From: an uncultured delta proteobacterium
GTDB lineage: Bacteria > Myxococcota_A > Polyangia > Haliangiales > Haliangiaceae
Direction of reading: 5' to 3'
NCBI GenBank assembly: GCA_963743525.1
Contig: CAVUQH010000003.1
Span: 1,207,221-1,271,220, forward strand
DNA: 64,000 bases
The notes beneath the pieces were generated by a model. That model did no database searches. It saw nothing but the letters and a program-made list of their open reading frames with translations, and was not told where the DNA came from. The position numbers and the translations under genes are program-made. Shown in pieces: positions 1 through 10,441 of this stretch (position 1 is its first letter; each line of letters opens with the position of its first letter).

Positions 1-415
1 CTGCGGCCCGACCGTCGTGCTCGGCCACGACCCGTGGAAGCGCTACCGGCTCCACCCCGACCACCGCCACGCCGGCCTGCTGGCCGTCGACGGCATCGTG
101 GCCGCCCGCGACCCGCACTTCTTCCCCGAGCAGGACGCTCGCCCACCACCGGCCCGACGTCGCTGCTGCTGTTCGAGGCCGACGAGCCCGACCACGTCGA
201 GGACGTCACCGACCACGTCGACGCCAAGCTCGCCGCGCTGCGGGCCCACCGCTCGCAGTTCCGCTCGACCATGGGCGTCGACCCCGACGACCCCGACGGC
301 CGAGGACGCAGTGGGAGCGCTTCGCCGACCGCATCCGCGCCCGGCTGGCCGAGTGGGGCCAGCCTCGGCGGCTGCGACCTACGGCGAGGGCTTCAAGCTG
401 ATCGACCGGCTCTAG
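1..415 (+). CDS. PIG-L family deacetylase, 3' part (5' end outside window; frameshifted)
   Basis: VLGHDPWKRYRLHPDHRHAG (HPDH motif), then DVTDHVDAKLAALRAHRSQF and YGEGFK across frames. Confidence 0.8.
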   Translation, partial: CGPTVVLGHDPWKRYRLHPDHRHAGLLAVDGIVAARDPHFFPEQDARPPPARRRCCCSRPTSPTTSRTSPTTSTPSSPRCGPTARSSARPWASTPTTPTAEDAVGALRRPHPRPAGRVGPASAAATYGEGFKLIDRL

Positions 416-1258
416 ACGACCGGCGTGCCGTTGCGGATGCGCCGGCGGGTGTCCCAGCCGTAGACGTTGAACGGGAACTGGCGCACGACGCGGGGCAGGT
501 GCTGGTCGACGCTCGCCCAGGTGCGCATCATGCGTCTCGAACGCCCGCTGGCGGCGGCCGTCCCACGGCAGGCCGAGCTCGGCCCGGAACGGCTCGGGCA
601 GGAACCCCAGCGTCTGGAACTGCACGAGCGGCCCCACCAGCTGCGGCCAGCGGTGTCGGCAGGAACGACGCCCGGGCGATGCCGCGCAGGTAGCCGCGCG
701 TGAGGTCGTCCATCTCGGATGTGGGCGACCTCGGCGGCCCAGTACTCGGCGAAGGCCTGGCGGTCGGCCGGCCACTGCTCGCTCGCGGACCTGCAGCGTG
801 GTGCCGAGGCGCGAGCAGTACCGGTAGAGGCGCTCGGCGGTGTCGTCGTCGAGATCGGGGTTGAGCAGCCGCTGGACGTCCTCGACCCCCTTGTAGAGGC
901 AGGCCGCCACCCACAGCTGCAGCTGCGGGTCGAACGCGTCGAACGCCACCGGGTCGCCGGGCCCGGAGTGCACGTGGCGGTGCACGCTGTTGATGTCGTG
1001 GCGGATCGCCGCCGCGCTCGTCGTCGGTACCGGTGAGGGCGATGACGAGGTAGGCCAGCGTGGTCCGTGTCCGCTTCAGCGGGTGCGTCGTCGATGCGGC
1101 CGCTGGTCACCGGGCTCTTGGCGACGCCGTGCCCGACCGGCAGCTTCGACAGCTGCATGATGACGTTGGCGCCGGCAGCGGCCATCCCGATGCCGTGCAG
1201 CGAGTCCTCGACCAGAGCGGCGATGTCGGCGTCCGAGCGGGGGGCGGTCGGCGACCAT
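412..1258 (-). CDS. Oxygenase MpaB (DUF2236) family protein (frameshifted)
   Basis: AAAGANVIMQLSKLPVGHGV, AFDPQLQLWVAACLY, TLGFLPEPFRAELGLPW, FPFNVYGWD. Confidence 0.8.
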
Positions 1259-1316
1259 GGCGGCAGCCTAGGCAGCCGGAATGTCTGGATCGCGCGTCCG
1301 GATCCCGGACCAGGCG

Positions 1317-1912
1317 TCAGTTGACGGACGGGTCGGGCGGGAAGTGGGCCACGGCTCGCAGCGGCCCCCGCTGGCGGCGGAGCACGTCGCGCCACAGCGT
1401 CTCGGGCGACGTCGGTGAACACGTCGTCGTCCTCGGCGTCGAGCGACGTACCAGCCGCCCAGCTCGATCTCGCCCTCGAGCTGCCCGCCGCTCCAGCCGG
1501 CGTAGCCGGCGAAGACCCGCAGGGCGGTGATGCCGCCGGGCGCATCGGACGGGTCGCCGTGCAGGTCGACCACGCCGATGCCGTGGTGAGCGGCCGGAAC
1601 GACGACGTCGGTCGTCGACCGTGCCGTCCTCGTCGAACAGGTCGGCGACCTCGCGGGCCGGCACTCGGGCAGCGAGCCAGGCAGATCGCGCCCTCGGGGC
1701 TGACCGGGCCACCGACGTAGATGCGGTCGTCGTCGCCCACGTAGGGCGCCCAGGTGGGCACGGCGTCATGCACCGGCGACCTCGCCGGGGCGGTTGAGCA
1801 CCAGCCCCAGGGCTCCGTCGGCGGAGTGCTCGATCAGGTACACCACGGTGCGGCGGAAGTTGGGGTCGTCCATCGTCGGTTCGGCGACCAGCAGCCGGCC
1901 CCGCAGGCTCAT
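1317..1912 (-). CDS. YqgE/AlgH family protein (frameshifted)
   Basis: [64 protein letters not shown]. Confidence 0.9.
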
Positions 1913-1928
1913 GCGCTCCCCCTCGTCC

Positions 1929-2842
1929 TCAGCGGCCGACGGCCTTCTGCTCGTCGGTGCGGAGGTCGCCGGCGCGGATGTCGAGACCGAACGAACTCGC
2001 TCGAAGCGGTCGAAGTACTCGTCGTCGTTGGCCGCGCGCGCCGAGCGCCAGCCACTCGCTCGTCGCTGACGCCGGCGCGGCCGTCGGCCAGCTGCTCGCC
2101 GCCGTAGGCGCACGGCGTAGCGCAGGCGGGCCGAGGGGTCGTCGATGGCCTGCTGCACGACCTCGGCGACCACCGACGGGCGGACGTTGGCCTCGATGCC
2201 CGTGGCGTAGAAGGCGAACATGCGGCGGTAGGCGTCCGCGTAGGGGGAGTCCGCGTGCAGGTCCTGGTGCTTGGCCAGCAGGGCGGTGCGGGTGACGCCC
2301 GGCTCGATGACCTTCACCCGGATGCCGAAGGGCGCCAGCTCCTGGGCGAGGTTCTCGCTCAGGCACTCGAGCGCCCACTTCGACGAGGCGTACACCGCCT
2401 GGGCGAGGGCGGCGAAGCGCCCGGCGACCGACGAGACGTTGACGATCGTGCCCGGGCCCCGCTCGCGCATCGCCGGGCAGCACCGCCTGGGTGCAGCGCA
2501 CGACGCCCCAGTAGTTGACGTCGAAGACGACCTTGCCCTCGTCGATGTCGATCTCCTCGACGACCGCGTTGTAACCGAGGCCGGCGTTGTTGACGAGGAC
2601 GTCGACGCGGCCCTCGGCGTCGAGCACCTGCCCGATGCCCCGGCGCACCGACTCGTCGTCGGACACGTCGAGCTCGACGGCGTGGACGGCGGCGCCGGCG
2701 GCTGCGGCCTCGTCCTGGCAGCTTGTGCGCCCTTGCCGAGGTCGCGCATCGTGCCGTAGACGGTGTGGCCGGCAGCGGCGAGGTGGACGGCGGTGGCCCG
2801 GCCGATGCCGGAGTTCGCACCCGTGACGACGATGACGGCCAT
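1929..2842 (-). CDS. SDR family oxidoreductase (frameshifted)
   Basis: [22 protein letters not shown] catalytic motif, VIEPG. Confidence 0.9.
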
Positions 2843-2882
2843 GGCGCCGAGTCTGGCACGGCCGCCCGTAGGGTCGCGCGTC

Positions 2883-3110
2883 GTGCTGGAGGACGGGACC
2901 TACGACGCGCTCGGTGTTCGACGCCGAGGACACCGAGGCGACCGACGACGGCGCGTCACGGTCGAGCTCACGATCCTCGCCGGCGACCACAAGGGCGAGG
3001 TCGTGTCGCTGAGCTCGACCGACTGGAGCGGGGACGCCCTGGACCTGCTCGGCATCCCGGCCACCATCACCGTCGCCGACGGGCACCCCTCAGTCGTCTT
3101 CGAGCCCTGA
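2883..3110 (+). CDS. Small hypothetical protein
   Basis: [39 protein letters not shown]3-rich codons; TAGGGT just upstream. Confidence 0.6.
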   Translation: MLEDGTYDALGVRRRGHRGDRRRRVTVELTILAGDHKGEVVSLSSTDWSGDALDLLGIPATITVADGHPSVVFEP

Positions 3111-3533
3111 CAACGTTCGGCCGGCCACGGCGCGGATGCGGGCCGCGACGCTCGGCGGCGTGCGCGTCGGATCCGTACTTCGTCCGGGGCCAGAAGAAGC
3201 CGCGCAGGCCGTCGCCCTTGGTACGGGGCACGACGTGGACGTGCAGGTGGGGCACGCTCTGGCTCACGGTGTTGTTGATGGCGACGAAGCTGCCCTGGGC
3301 GCCCAGCGCCTCGACCATGGCCGCCGACAGCCGCTGCGCCCGCTCGAAGAACGGACCCACCGAGCTCGGCCGGCAGGTCGGCCAGGGTCTCCACGTGGTC
3401 GCCGGGGGACGAGCAGCACGTGGCCGGGAAAGAGCGGCCGCGATGTCGAGGAAGCCCACGGCCACGTCGTCGTCGAGCACGACGTGCGCCGGAGCATCCC
3501 CGGCACGATCCGACAGAACACACACGAGGCCAT
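3090..3533 (-). CDS. HIT family nucleotide hydrolase (frameshifted)
   Basis: CVFCRIV, PLFPGHVLLVP, QSVPHLHVHVVPR histidine triad. Confidence 0.9.
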
Positions 3534-3562
3534 GCCCGCATCCTGCCCGCTCGACCGGGTAG

Positions 3563-3706
3563 AGGGACGACCGTGGGTCGGCCAGTACCTACGTCCGCGA
3601 CGTGTTCGCCTCCTTCAACAACGACTGGCTCGGCAACGCGGTCGTCGACGCCGGCGATCTCCGGGACGACCTCGCACCGTGGACACCCTCGGTGACCAGC
3701 ACCTGA
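3563..3706 (+). pseudogene. Start-less fragment resembling the C-terminus of a DUF72 protein
   Basis: Frame between TAG (3560-3562) and TGA (3704-3706) reads ..YVRDVFASFNNDWLGNAVVDAGDLR.., similar to the DUF72 terminal V-x-x-x-FNND-x-x-G-x-A-x-x-D/N-A motif. Confidence 0.45.
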
Positions 3707-3846
3707 GCAGGCCGCCACCACCATCCGCGTCCGCCGGCGCGCCCGGGGCCATCATCAAGAGCAGTGTTCGTCCGTTCCTTGGCACGACGACCCGGCCGAG
3801 TCCCGGCCCCGGCGATCAGCCGTGCCCTGCGCCCCCAGGAGGCTGC

Positions 3847-5265
3847 ATGACCCCGGACCCCGCACTCGTCGTCGACGCGCCCAGCGCACCGGTCGATCCC
3901 CTCGCCGGGCGAGCGCGACCACGCGGACCCAGGTGGTCCTGGACACGTCGGCACTCGTCGCGGACCCCGAGGGCGTGTTCCACGGCTACGAGGGCGAGGA
4001 CCTGATCATCCCGCTCACGGTCATCGAGGAGCTCGACGGGCTGAAGAAGCGGCTCGACGCGGTGGGCATGGCGGCCCGCGACGTCCTGCGCCGCATCGAG
4101 AAGGTGCGCATGGACGCCGGCGGCGACCTCGAGACGCGCCAGCCGCTGCCGGGCGGGGCCACCGTGCGGGTCGCCCTCAACGGCGTGCAGACCGGCCTGC
4201 TCCGCGAGCACGGCCTCGACCCCGAGAAGCCCGACAACCGCATCATCGGCGCCGCCCTCGGCCAGCGCTCAGCCGGGCGGCCCCGACGTGCGCCTGGTGT
4301 CCAACGACACCGGCATGCGGGTCAAGGCGGCCACGTTCGGCCTCGGCCAGCGGCGAGCACGACCCGCTCGACGCCGCCCGCCGCACCGGCGACGAGGACC
4401 ACGGGTGGCGCGAGCTCCAGGTCGAACCCGCCCTGGTCGACGCGCCTCTACGCCGGCGACCACAACCCGCCGGGCGCCGACGTCGTCACCGCCGCGCTGC
4501 GCTGCAACGAGTTCGGCGTGCTCCACGCCGGCAGCCAGTCGGCGCTGGTCCGCCGCCGGCCCGACGGCCTGGCGCTGGTACCCAACGACCACCACGCCTG
4601 GGACCTGCGGCCCCGCAACAAGGAGCAGCGCTTCGCGCTCGACCTGCTGCTCGACGACGACGTCAAGGTCGTCGCCCTCGACGGTCCGGCCGGCACCGGC
4701 AAGACCCTCACCGCCGTCGCCGCGGCGCTCCAGCTCGTGGTCGAGGAACGGCGCTACTCACGCATCTGCGTGTACCGGCCGGTGGTCCCGTCGGCAAGGC
4801 CGACGTCGGCTACCTGCCCGGCACGCTCGACGAGAAGCTCGACCCGTGGATGGCGGCCATCACCGACGCCGTCGTACGCCCTCACCGGGCCCGACCCCAG
4901 CGGCGACCGCAACCGCGAGGACGCCACCGAGGTCCTCGACGAGATCCGGGCCCGTGGGCAGCTGACCATGGAGTCGGTGACCCACCTGCGGGGCCGCACC
5001 CTGCACTCGAGCTTCGTGATCATCGACGAGTCGATGAACCTGTCGCCCCAGGTCGGCAAGACGATCCTCACCCGCATCGCCGCCGACTCCAAGGTGGTGT
5101 TCACCGGCGACACCAGCCAGATCGACGCCGCCTTCCTGTCCGAGCAGACCAACGCCCTCACCGCCCTGGTCGACCGCCTTCGCCGGCCAGCAGTGCTTCG
5201 GTCACGTCCGCCTGGTCCGGGGCGAGCGATCGCCGCTGGCCGAGCTCGCCGCCCGGCTGCTCTGA
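3847..5265 (+). CDS. PhoH family protein with N-terminal PIN domain (PhoH2/YlaK-like; frameshifted)
   Basis: VVLDTSALVADP, VIEELDGLK, PDNRII (PIN); PRNKEQ, GPAGTGKT, GYLPG, LRGRTL, IIDE, GDTSQID; AGGAGG RBS. Confidence 0.9.
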
Positions 5266-5305
5266 GGACATTCACCACATTTTTCCCTCTCTCTGTACTC
5301 GCACC

Positions 5306-5317
5306 ACTACCGGTAGT
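5306..5317. promoter_or_regulatory. Perfect 12-bp palindrome ACTACCGGTAGT upstream of whiB-family gene (candidate operator)
   Basis: Self-complementary; lies in a relatively AT-rich intergenic region about 90 bp before the WhiB start. Confidence 0.4.
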
Positions 5318-5405
5318 AGTGTTGTGGCCACCTGACCACGCGCAGTGCAGCCCGGTGCGCGTGGGCACGGGAACCGTCGATCCGGAGAGTTTTGGGGAGA
5401 GGGCT

Positions 5406-5708
5406 GTGGACCACGACGTCATCGCATTGAGGAGCTGGGCGGGCCAGAACTGGATGGCCCGAGCCGAGTGCGCGGGGAAGACGAGCCTGTTCTTCCCGCC
5501 GCTGGCCGAGCGCCCGCAGGCCCGGGCGCGCCGCGAGGCCAAGGCCGCCGAGCTGTGCCGGAACTGCCCGTCGCGGGTGCCGTGCCGCGACTACGCCCGC
5601 AACCACCGCGAGTTCGGGTTCTGGGGCGGCGAGAACGAGGAGCAGCGCACCCGCGCCGGCTTCCCCGTGCCCAACCCCATCGGCGCCCGTCGCCGGGCTG
5701 CCAGCTGA
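5406..5708 (+). CDS. WhiB family Fe-S transcriptional regulator
   Basis: WMARAECAG..LFF..LCRNCPSRVPCRDYA..FGFWGGENEEQR: four Cys plus G-[V/F]-WGG; GGAGAGGG RBS before GTG. Confidence 0.92.
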   Translation: MDHDVIALRSWAGQNWMARAECAGKTSLFFPPLAERPQARARREAKAAELCRNCPSRVPCRDYARNHREFGFWGGENEEQRTRAGFPVPNPIGARRRAAS

Positions 5709-5775
5709 CCGGACCGGCGACGGACCCACCGGTCATCCGACCGACGGGCGTCACCGCTCCGTAGCATCCACCGAG

Positions 5776-6524
5776 GTGCCCGCGGACGACCACACCACGC
5801 CGAGCGATCCCGCCGAGGACGACCCCGGACGCCCGACGCGCCACGGCTGCCCACGCCCGAGGAGCTGTCCACCTACCGACCGGCGCAGGACCTGTTCGTG
5901 GCCCTGCTCGACATCGTCTCCGAGGCCACGCTCGGTCGTCCGCTCCGGCCCCGGCTGAAGGTGACGCCCGCCGGCCTGCTCCGGGGCGAGGTCGACCTGG
6001 TCAAGATCGAGCTCCCGGCCTACGCGGTGGCCGGCCTCGTGGTCGACCGCTTCGTCGTGCGAGCCGAGCGCGTGCGGGTCGTGCCCGGCTTTCCGCCCAC
6101 ACTCGTGGCCGAACCCGTCGGTCTGCGGGCGGTCGTGTCGCAGGCCAACGTCGACCGCTGGACGCGCGACCTGCGTCTGCCGGTCCGGCTCCGCCTCACC
6201 GAGCAGGGCGTGGTGACCACGACGGGCATCGGGGGCATCCGCGTCACCGAGCTGGTCACCGAGCCGACCATCGCCGGCGGCTTCTTGAAGCTGCAACCAC
6301 TGCGGGCCTCGATGCTCGGGGTGCCGGCACCGTTGCTCCGCTTCGTGCGCGGCTACCTGCCCCTGCCGCCGCTCCCCCGCAGCGCCAAGCTCGAGTCCGT
6401 CGACCCCAGCGATGGCGAGCTCACGCTGACCTTCCGCATCGAGCGCTTCGAGCAGCCGCTCACACCGGCGGTCACGTCCCGACTGCGCAACCTGCTCGAC
6501 CTGCCGCTCCCTGGTCTGCGCTGA
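5776..6524 (+). CDS. Hypothetical protein, possibly LmeA/DUF2993-like (one frameshift near 5' end)
   Basis: 208-aa beta-rich ORF 5898-6524 (LLRGEVDLVKIE..RAVVSQANVDRW..GELTLTFRI). Confidence 0.55.
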
Positions 6525-6612
6525 GCGACCGGCCCGTGCCGGAGGGGGATCCACCGCTGTCGGTCACAGGGTCCCTACGCTTCGATCAGCACGGACCAGG
6601 GGGTGTGACCGG

Positions 6613-7228
6613 ATGCGTCGCTTGCCGATCTACGGACTCGACATCGAGACCGACACGACGGTGGACGGGCTCGACCCGAGCGTGTCCCGCATCGTCGCCG
6701 TGGCCCTGTCCACCGACGTGCGACGAGCTGTTCGAGGGGCCCGAGGACGAGCTGCTCGCCGACCTCGACACCCGGCTCGCCGAGCTGCCCGCCGGCGTGA
6801 TCGCCACGTGGAACGGCTCGGCGTTCGACCTGCCCTTCATCGCCGACCGGGCCGCTCGCTGGCGGCTCCGCCTCGGCCTGCACCTGGCCGCCGACCCGCG
6901 CATCCGGCACCGGCACGACCCGCTCCCCGGCCACGACCACTGCTACCGGGCCGGCTGGTACGGCCACCAGCACCTCGACGCCTACCGGGTGTACCGCGAC
7001 GACGTCGGCCCCGCCCTGCGCATCTCGTGCTCGCTCAAGTCCATCGCCCGCTTCGTGGGGCTGGCGCCCATCGAGGTCGACCGCGCCCGCATCCACGACC
7101 TGTCCCGCGAGGCGCTCCACGCCTACGCCGCCTCCGACGCCCGCCTGGCACGGGTACTCACCGAACGTCGGTGGACCACGGCGTCACGGCGCATCGACCA
7201 GCTGCCGCTCCACGCCGCCGCCGGCTGA
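6613..7228 (+). CDS. RNase H-like DEDD 3'-5' exonuclease, stand-alone (frameshifted)
   Basis: ExoI GLDIET, ExoII TWNGSAFDLPFI, HLDAY, SLKSIA, ExoIII YAASDA. Confidence 0.85.
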
Positions 7229-7267
7229 GCCGTTCACTTCGCCCACCTCTGGAGTTGTTCGCCCAGA

Positions 7268-8275
7268 TCAGCCCGGCACCAGTTCGCGCAGGGCCGAGCG
7301 CTGGGCGGGCGGCAGGCTGTTCCAGTCGTAGATCGATCCGCCGATGGCGGCCGTGTCCTCGAGTGCCCGTCGGAACGCGCCCAGGTCGTCGAGTGTGGTC
7401 TCGTCGCCGATGCCCCCGACCAGGTGGACCACGGCATCGGGTCGGCCCAGGTCGGCGCGCATCCGTCGCACCGACTCCTCGGTGTAGGGGTACGGGTCGC
7501 GGTAGCCGGAGTCGACCGTGCGGGTGGTCCAGTAGGCCATCGGGAGCCACACGTCGTAGTCGGCGTCGATCGCCCGCCACGGGAACTGCGGCCAGTAGCC
7601 CGGGTTGATCACCTCGAGCTGGACGGCCGGCGGGACGATGGCGCCGAGCGCCTCGCCCGTGCGGGCATCTCGCAGCCGTCGCGACAGTTCGACCAGCCGC
7701 TGCGACCGCTCCTGGTCGTCGGGTACACCCTGGATGTACTCGATGTCGACGGCGACCCCGTCGAAGCGATGGCCGAACCGCGAGAACTCGGCCACCGCCG
7801 TCAGGCGGTCGAGATCGAGGTCGACATCCACGAACGTGGGCAGGTACCAGCCGACCACGTGCATGCCACGCGCGTGGGCCCGCACCAGGAACTCGGCCAG
7901 CAGGTCCTCCTCGAGGAGTCGACCGGGCGCCCGGTCGTCGGGGCGTGACGCCTGCAGGTACACCGTGCGCACGCCCAGGTCGGCCCACTGATCGACGGCG
8001 TCTGGGGTCACGGCGGGCGCCGCACCCGACTGGTACGAGGGCGAGAAGTCGAACGCGTCGACCCACACGCCCAGGCCGCCGTAGACGGCCACGTTGCGCG
8101 GCGCGGGCTGCTCGGCGCGCAGGAGCCCCATCAGGACACCGGCGGCCTCGGTGTGGGGCTGGTCGTCACCGCCGCCGGCCGACGCCACCACCAGCCGGAG
8201 ACCGAAACCGACCAGGAAGACACCGATGCACGCCACCCAGAACCCACGGGGCACCTTGGCGTCGGCGGTGGACAT
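7268..8275 (-). CDS. Membrane-anchored glycoside-hydrolase-like TIM-barrel protein
   Basis: N-terminal TM; GVRTVYLQ, AHARGMHVVGWY, FDGVAVDIEY, YDVWLPMAYW, GGSIYDW. Confidence 0.65.
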   Translation of the reverse strand: MSTADAKVPRGFWVACIGVFLVGFGLRLVVASAGGGDDQPHTEAAGVLMGLLRAEQPAPRNVAVYGGLGVWVDAFDFSPSYQSGAAPAVTPDAVDQWADLGVRTVYLQASRPDDRAPGRLLEEDLLAEFLVRAHARGMHVVGWYLPTFVDVDLDLDRLTAVAEFSRFGHRFDGVAVDIEYIQGVPDDQERSQRLVELSRRLRDARTGEALGAIVPPAVQLEVINPGYWPQFPWRAIDADYDVWLPMAYWTTRTVDSGYRDPYPYTEESVRRMRADLGRPDAVVHLVGGIGDETTLDDLGAFRRALEDTAAIGGSIYDWNSLPPAQRSALRELVPG

Positions 8276-8323
8276 GCCGGGCGACGGTACCCGCAGGCGT
8301 GACGCGCCAGCGCGCGCCGGGAA

Positions 8324-8782
8324 TCAAGCGATGGAGATGCGACCGGGCCAGAACGCGCCCAGGTGCTGGGCGAACTCGGCGTGCGACGGACCGGCCGTCT
8401 CCAACGCCGTGAGCACACCGTGGAGCATGGCCCGGTAGAAGTCGTCACCGTCCTCGCGCACCAGCGGCAGGCCGGTGCGGGCCCGGCACTCGGTCAGCGC
8501 CGTCACGACCCGCTGGAGGGCGTGGAGGTGGTACTCGAGCTCTTCGGGCGCCAGCTCGGCTTCCCAGAGGAACAGTCCGTCGCGTGGAGCGGCGTCGCGG
8601 GCGCAGCGCTCCCACGAGGCCAGGTAGCCCTCGAAGATCTCGCGCACCTCGGGCGTGAAGCAGTCGCCGGGGGCACCCCGGGCGAACTCGTCCAGAACGC
8701 CCCACGCGTGGCTCAGCCACGCGGTGGCGCAGGTGGTTGCCACGGGTCCGATGACCACTCGCACGCCGCGACGTTTGCACAT
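8324..8782 (-). CDS. Hypothetical protein (start uncertain, 8758-8782)
   Basis: Uninterrupted 152-aa ORF with protein-like composition. Confidence 0.6.
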   Translation of the reverse strand: MCKRRGVRVVIGPVATTCATAWLSHAWGVLDEFARGAPGDCFTPEVREIFEGYLASWERCARDAAPRDGLFLWEAELAPEELEYHLHALQRVVTALTECRARTGLPLVREDGDDFYRAMLHGVLTALETAGPSHAEFAQHLGAFWPGRISIA

Positions 8783-8826
8783 CGCCCGGTCCGGGGCCAG
8801 CCAGACCCAGCCGGCGCGTCGACCGC

Positions 8827-9294
8827 TCAGGGTTCGAGGGCGATCAGCACGTCCTCGACCACCTCGGCCTCGGTGCGGTCCAGCACCATCGCCGACACCC
8901 GGAAGACGGTGAGCAGACCGAGCCAGAGGCCGAACATGGCGTCCTCGACACCGACCCGGGTGATCAGCGCCTCGACCGACGGGCGGATCCCGCCGGCGGT
9001 GGCGGCGGTCATGGTGAGGGTCTCGGTGAGCAGCTCGATGCGGTCTTCGGGCACGGCGCCGTCGAGGGCCAGGCGGCTGACCAGGTCGGGGGCCAGCAAC
9101 GTCTCCTCGGTCTCGAGCACCATGCGCCGCAGCGCGATCGCGCCGGTGTCGAGCAGCGAATCGCCGACCACGACCGCCGTGTGCTCGAGGATGGCCTGCT
9201 GCAGCATCTGGGCCGCGGCCTGGCCGTCGGCTTCGATCGTCTGCAGCTCGAGGGCCTCACGCAGCTGGTCGCTCAGTTCCATGCTGCGGACCAT
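8827..9294 (-). CDS. Hypothetical helical protein
   Basis: MVRSMELSDQLREALELQ..VVEDVLIALEP, 3' part of the 8827..10716 ORF; strong codon bias. Confidence 0.65.
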   Translation of the reverse strand: MVRSMELSDQLREALELQTIEADGQAAAQMLQQAILEHTAVVVGDSLLDTGAIALRRMVLETEETLLAPDLVSRLALDGAVPEDRIELLTETLTMTAATAGGIRPSVEALITRVGVEDAMFGLWLGLLTVFRVSAMVLDRTEAEVVEDVLIALEP

Positions 9295-9305
9295 ACCGAC
9301 GCCCG

Positions 9306-10421
9306 CTACGGATGCCGCGACCCGGCAGCGGGGACTTCGGGTGCGGGGACCTCGGGGGCGTCGAGGGCGGCTCGCACCGCCGGCACCCGGTCGAGCACGG
9401 CCACCACGAACACCGCGTAGACGACCCCGTAGATGGCGCCGCCGGGGCCGTAGATCGTGTACCCGACGACGGCGACCACCCAGATCACCGCCGGGCCCAC
9501 GGCGACGCCCCACGCGCCGATCTTGTGGTGCAGCCACAGCGCTTCGACCATCTGCAGGACGAACGCCACGGCCAGGATCAGGACCGCACCCTTCCCGGTC
9601 TGCAGGCCACCGGCCAGCGCCACCGCGGGGAGCACACCGAGGAGGATGCCCACGTCGGGCAACATGGCGGCGACGCCGGCGACGACGCCGAGCACGATCG
9701 GCGCCGGCAGGTCGAGCCAGGTGGCTTCTGCCCACACCAGCAGACCCACCGTGCCGCCGAGGGCGAGCAGGGCGCCGACGGTACGACGGGCGCGGGTGGC
9801 GGCGTCGTACAGGGCGGTCAGCACCAACCGCCTGCGGTGGTCGTCGTCGATCCGCTCGACCGCTCCCTCCACGATGCCGGGTCCGTAGAGCAGGAAGAAG
9901 ATGGTGAGGATGGCGCTGATGAAGTACACGGGCGCCGTCGGGGCGTTCTCGGCCAGCGTGCCGCTCCCGCTGCCGACCCGGTTGTCGAGCTCGCGCAAGA
10001 ACACGTCGACCCGGCCGGAGAGATCCAGATCCTGCATCAGCCGGCCGATCTCGTCGTCGCGGTTCTCCAGCGCCGCGGTGGCATCGGGAGCCACGTCGCG
10101 CAGGCGGGTGACCTCGCGGTCGAGGTCCCGGACGGCGCCGAAGACGAGCGCACCGAGCCCGGCGCCGACGACCAGGAAGGTGAGGATGACCGCGGCGAGC
10201 CGCGGGATGTAGCGCCCGAGACCGTTGACCAGCGGCTCCACCAGCACGGCCACCGCGGCGGCGGCCGCCGCCCACCCGAGCACCCGGTGTGCCGACACGA
10301 ACGCGTTGCGCAGGACGAGGAACCCGACGACGGCGGCCACGATGAGCAGCGCGGACCGAGGGGTGATCCGCACCGAGCGGACGACGTCGCCGGCATCGGT
10401 GATCCGCGACGCCTCCGACAT
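9306..10421 (-). CDS. AI-2E family transporter
   Basis: Polytopic; AVLVEPLVNGL, ILTIFFLLYG, AMLPDVG, LQMVE, YGPGGAIYG. Confidence 0.8.
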   Translation of the reverse strand: MSEASRITDAGDVVRSVRITPRSALLIVAAVVGFLVLRNAFVSAHRVLGWAAAAAAVAVLVEPLVNGLGRYIPRLAAVILTFLVVGAGLGALVFGAVRDLDREVTRLRDVAPDATAALENRDDEIGRLMQDLDLSGRVDVFLRELDNRVGSGSGTLAENAPTAPVYFISAILTIFFLLYGPGIVEGAVERIDDDHRRRLVLTALYDAATRARRTVGALLALGGTVGLLVWAEATWLDLPAPIVLGVVAGVAAMLPDVGILLGVLPAVALAGGLQTGKGAVLILAVAFVLQMVEALWLHHKIGAWGVAVGPAVIWVVAVVGYTIYGPGGAIYGVVYAVFVVAVLDRVPAVRAALDAPEVPAPEVPAAGSRHP

Positions 10422-10441
10422 CGGGCCGTACGGTACCGACG
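10422..10441. promoter_or_regulatory. Bidirectional leaderless promoter with overlapping -10 boxes
   Basis: + strand TACGGT (10429-10434) 7 nt before GTG 10442; - strand TACCGT (10435-10430) 8 nt before ATG 10421. Confidence 0.55.

Noticed and set aside
3822..5708. Apparent PhoH-WhiB fusion (628-aa ORF)
   Set aside because: Frameshift artefact: PhoH stops at 5265 and WhiB has its own RBS and start at 5406.
3847..7228. PhoH + WhiB + exonuclease as a prophage remnant
   Set aside because: No structural, terminase or integrase genes; PIN-PhoH is the cellular type; composition matches the host.
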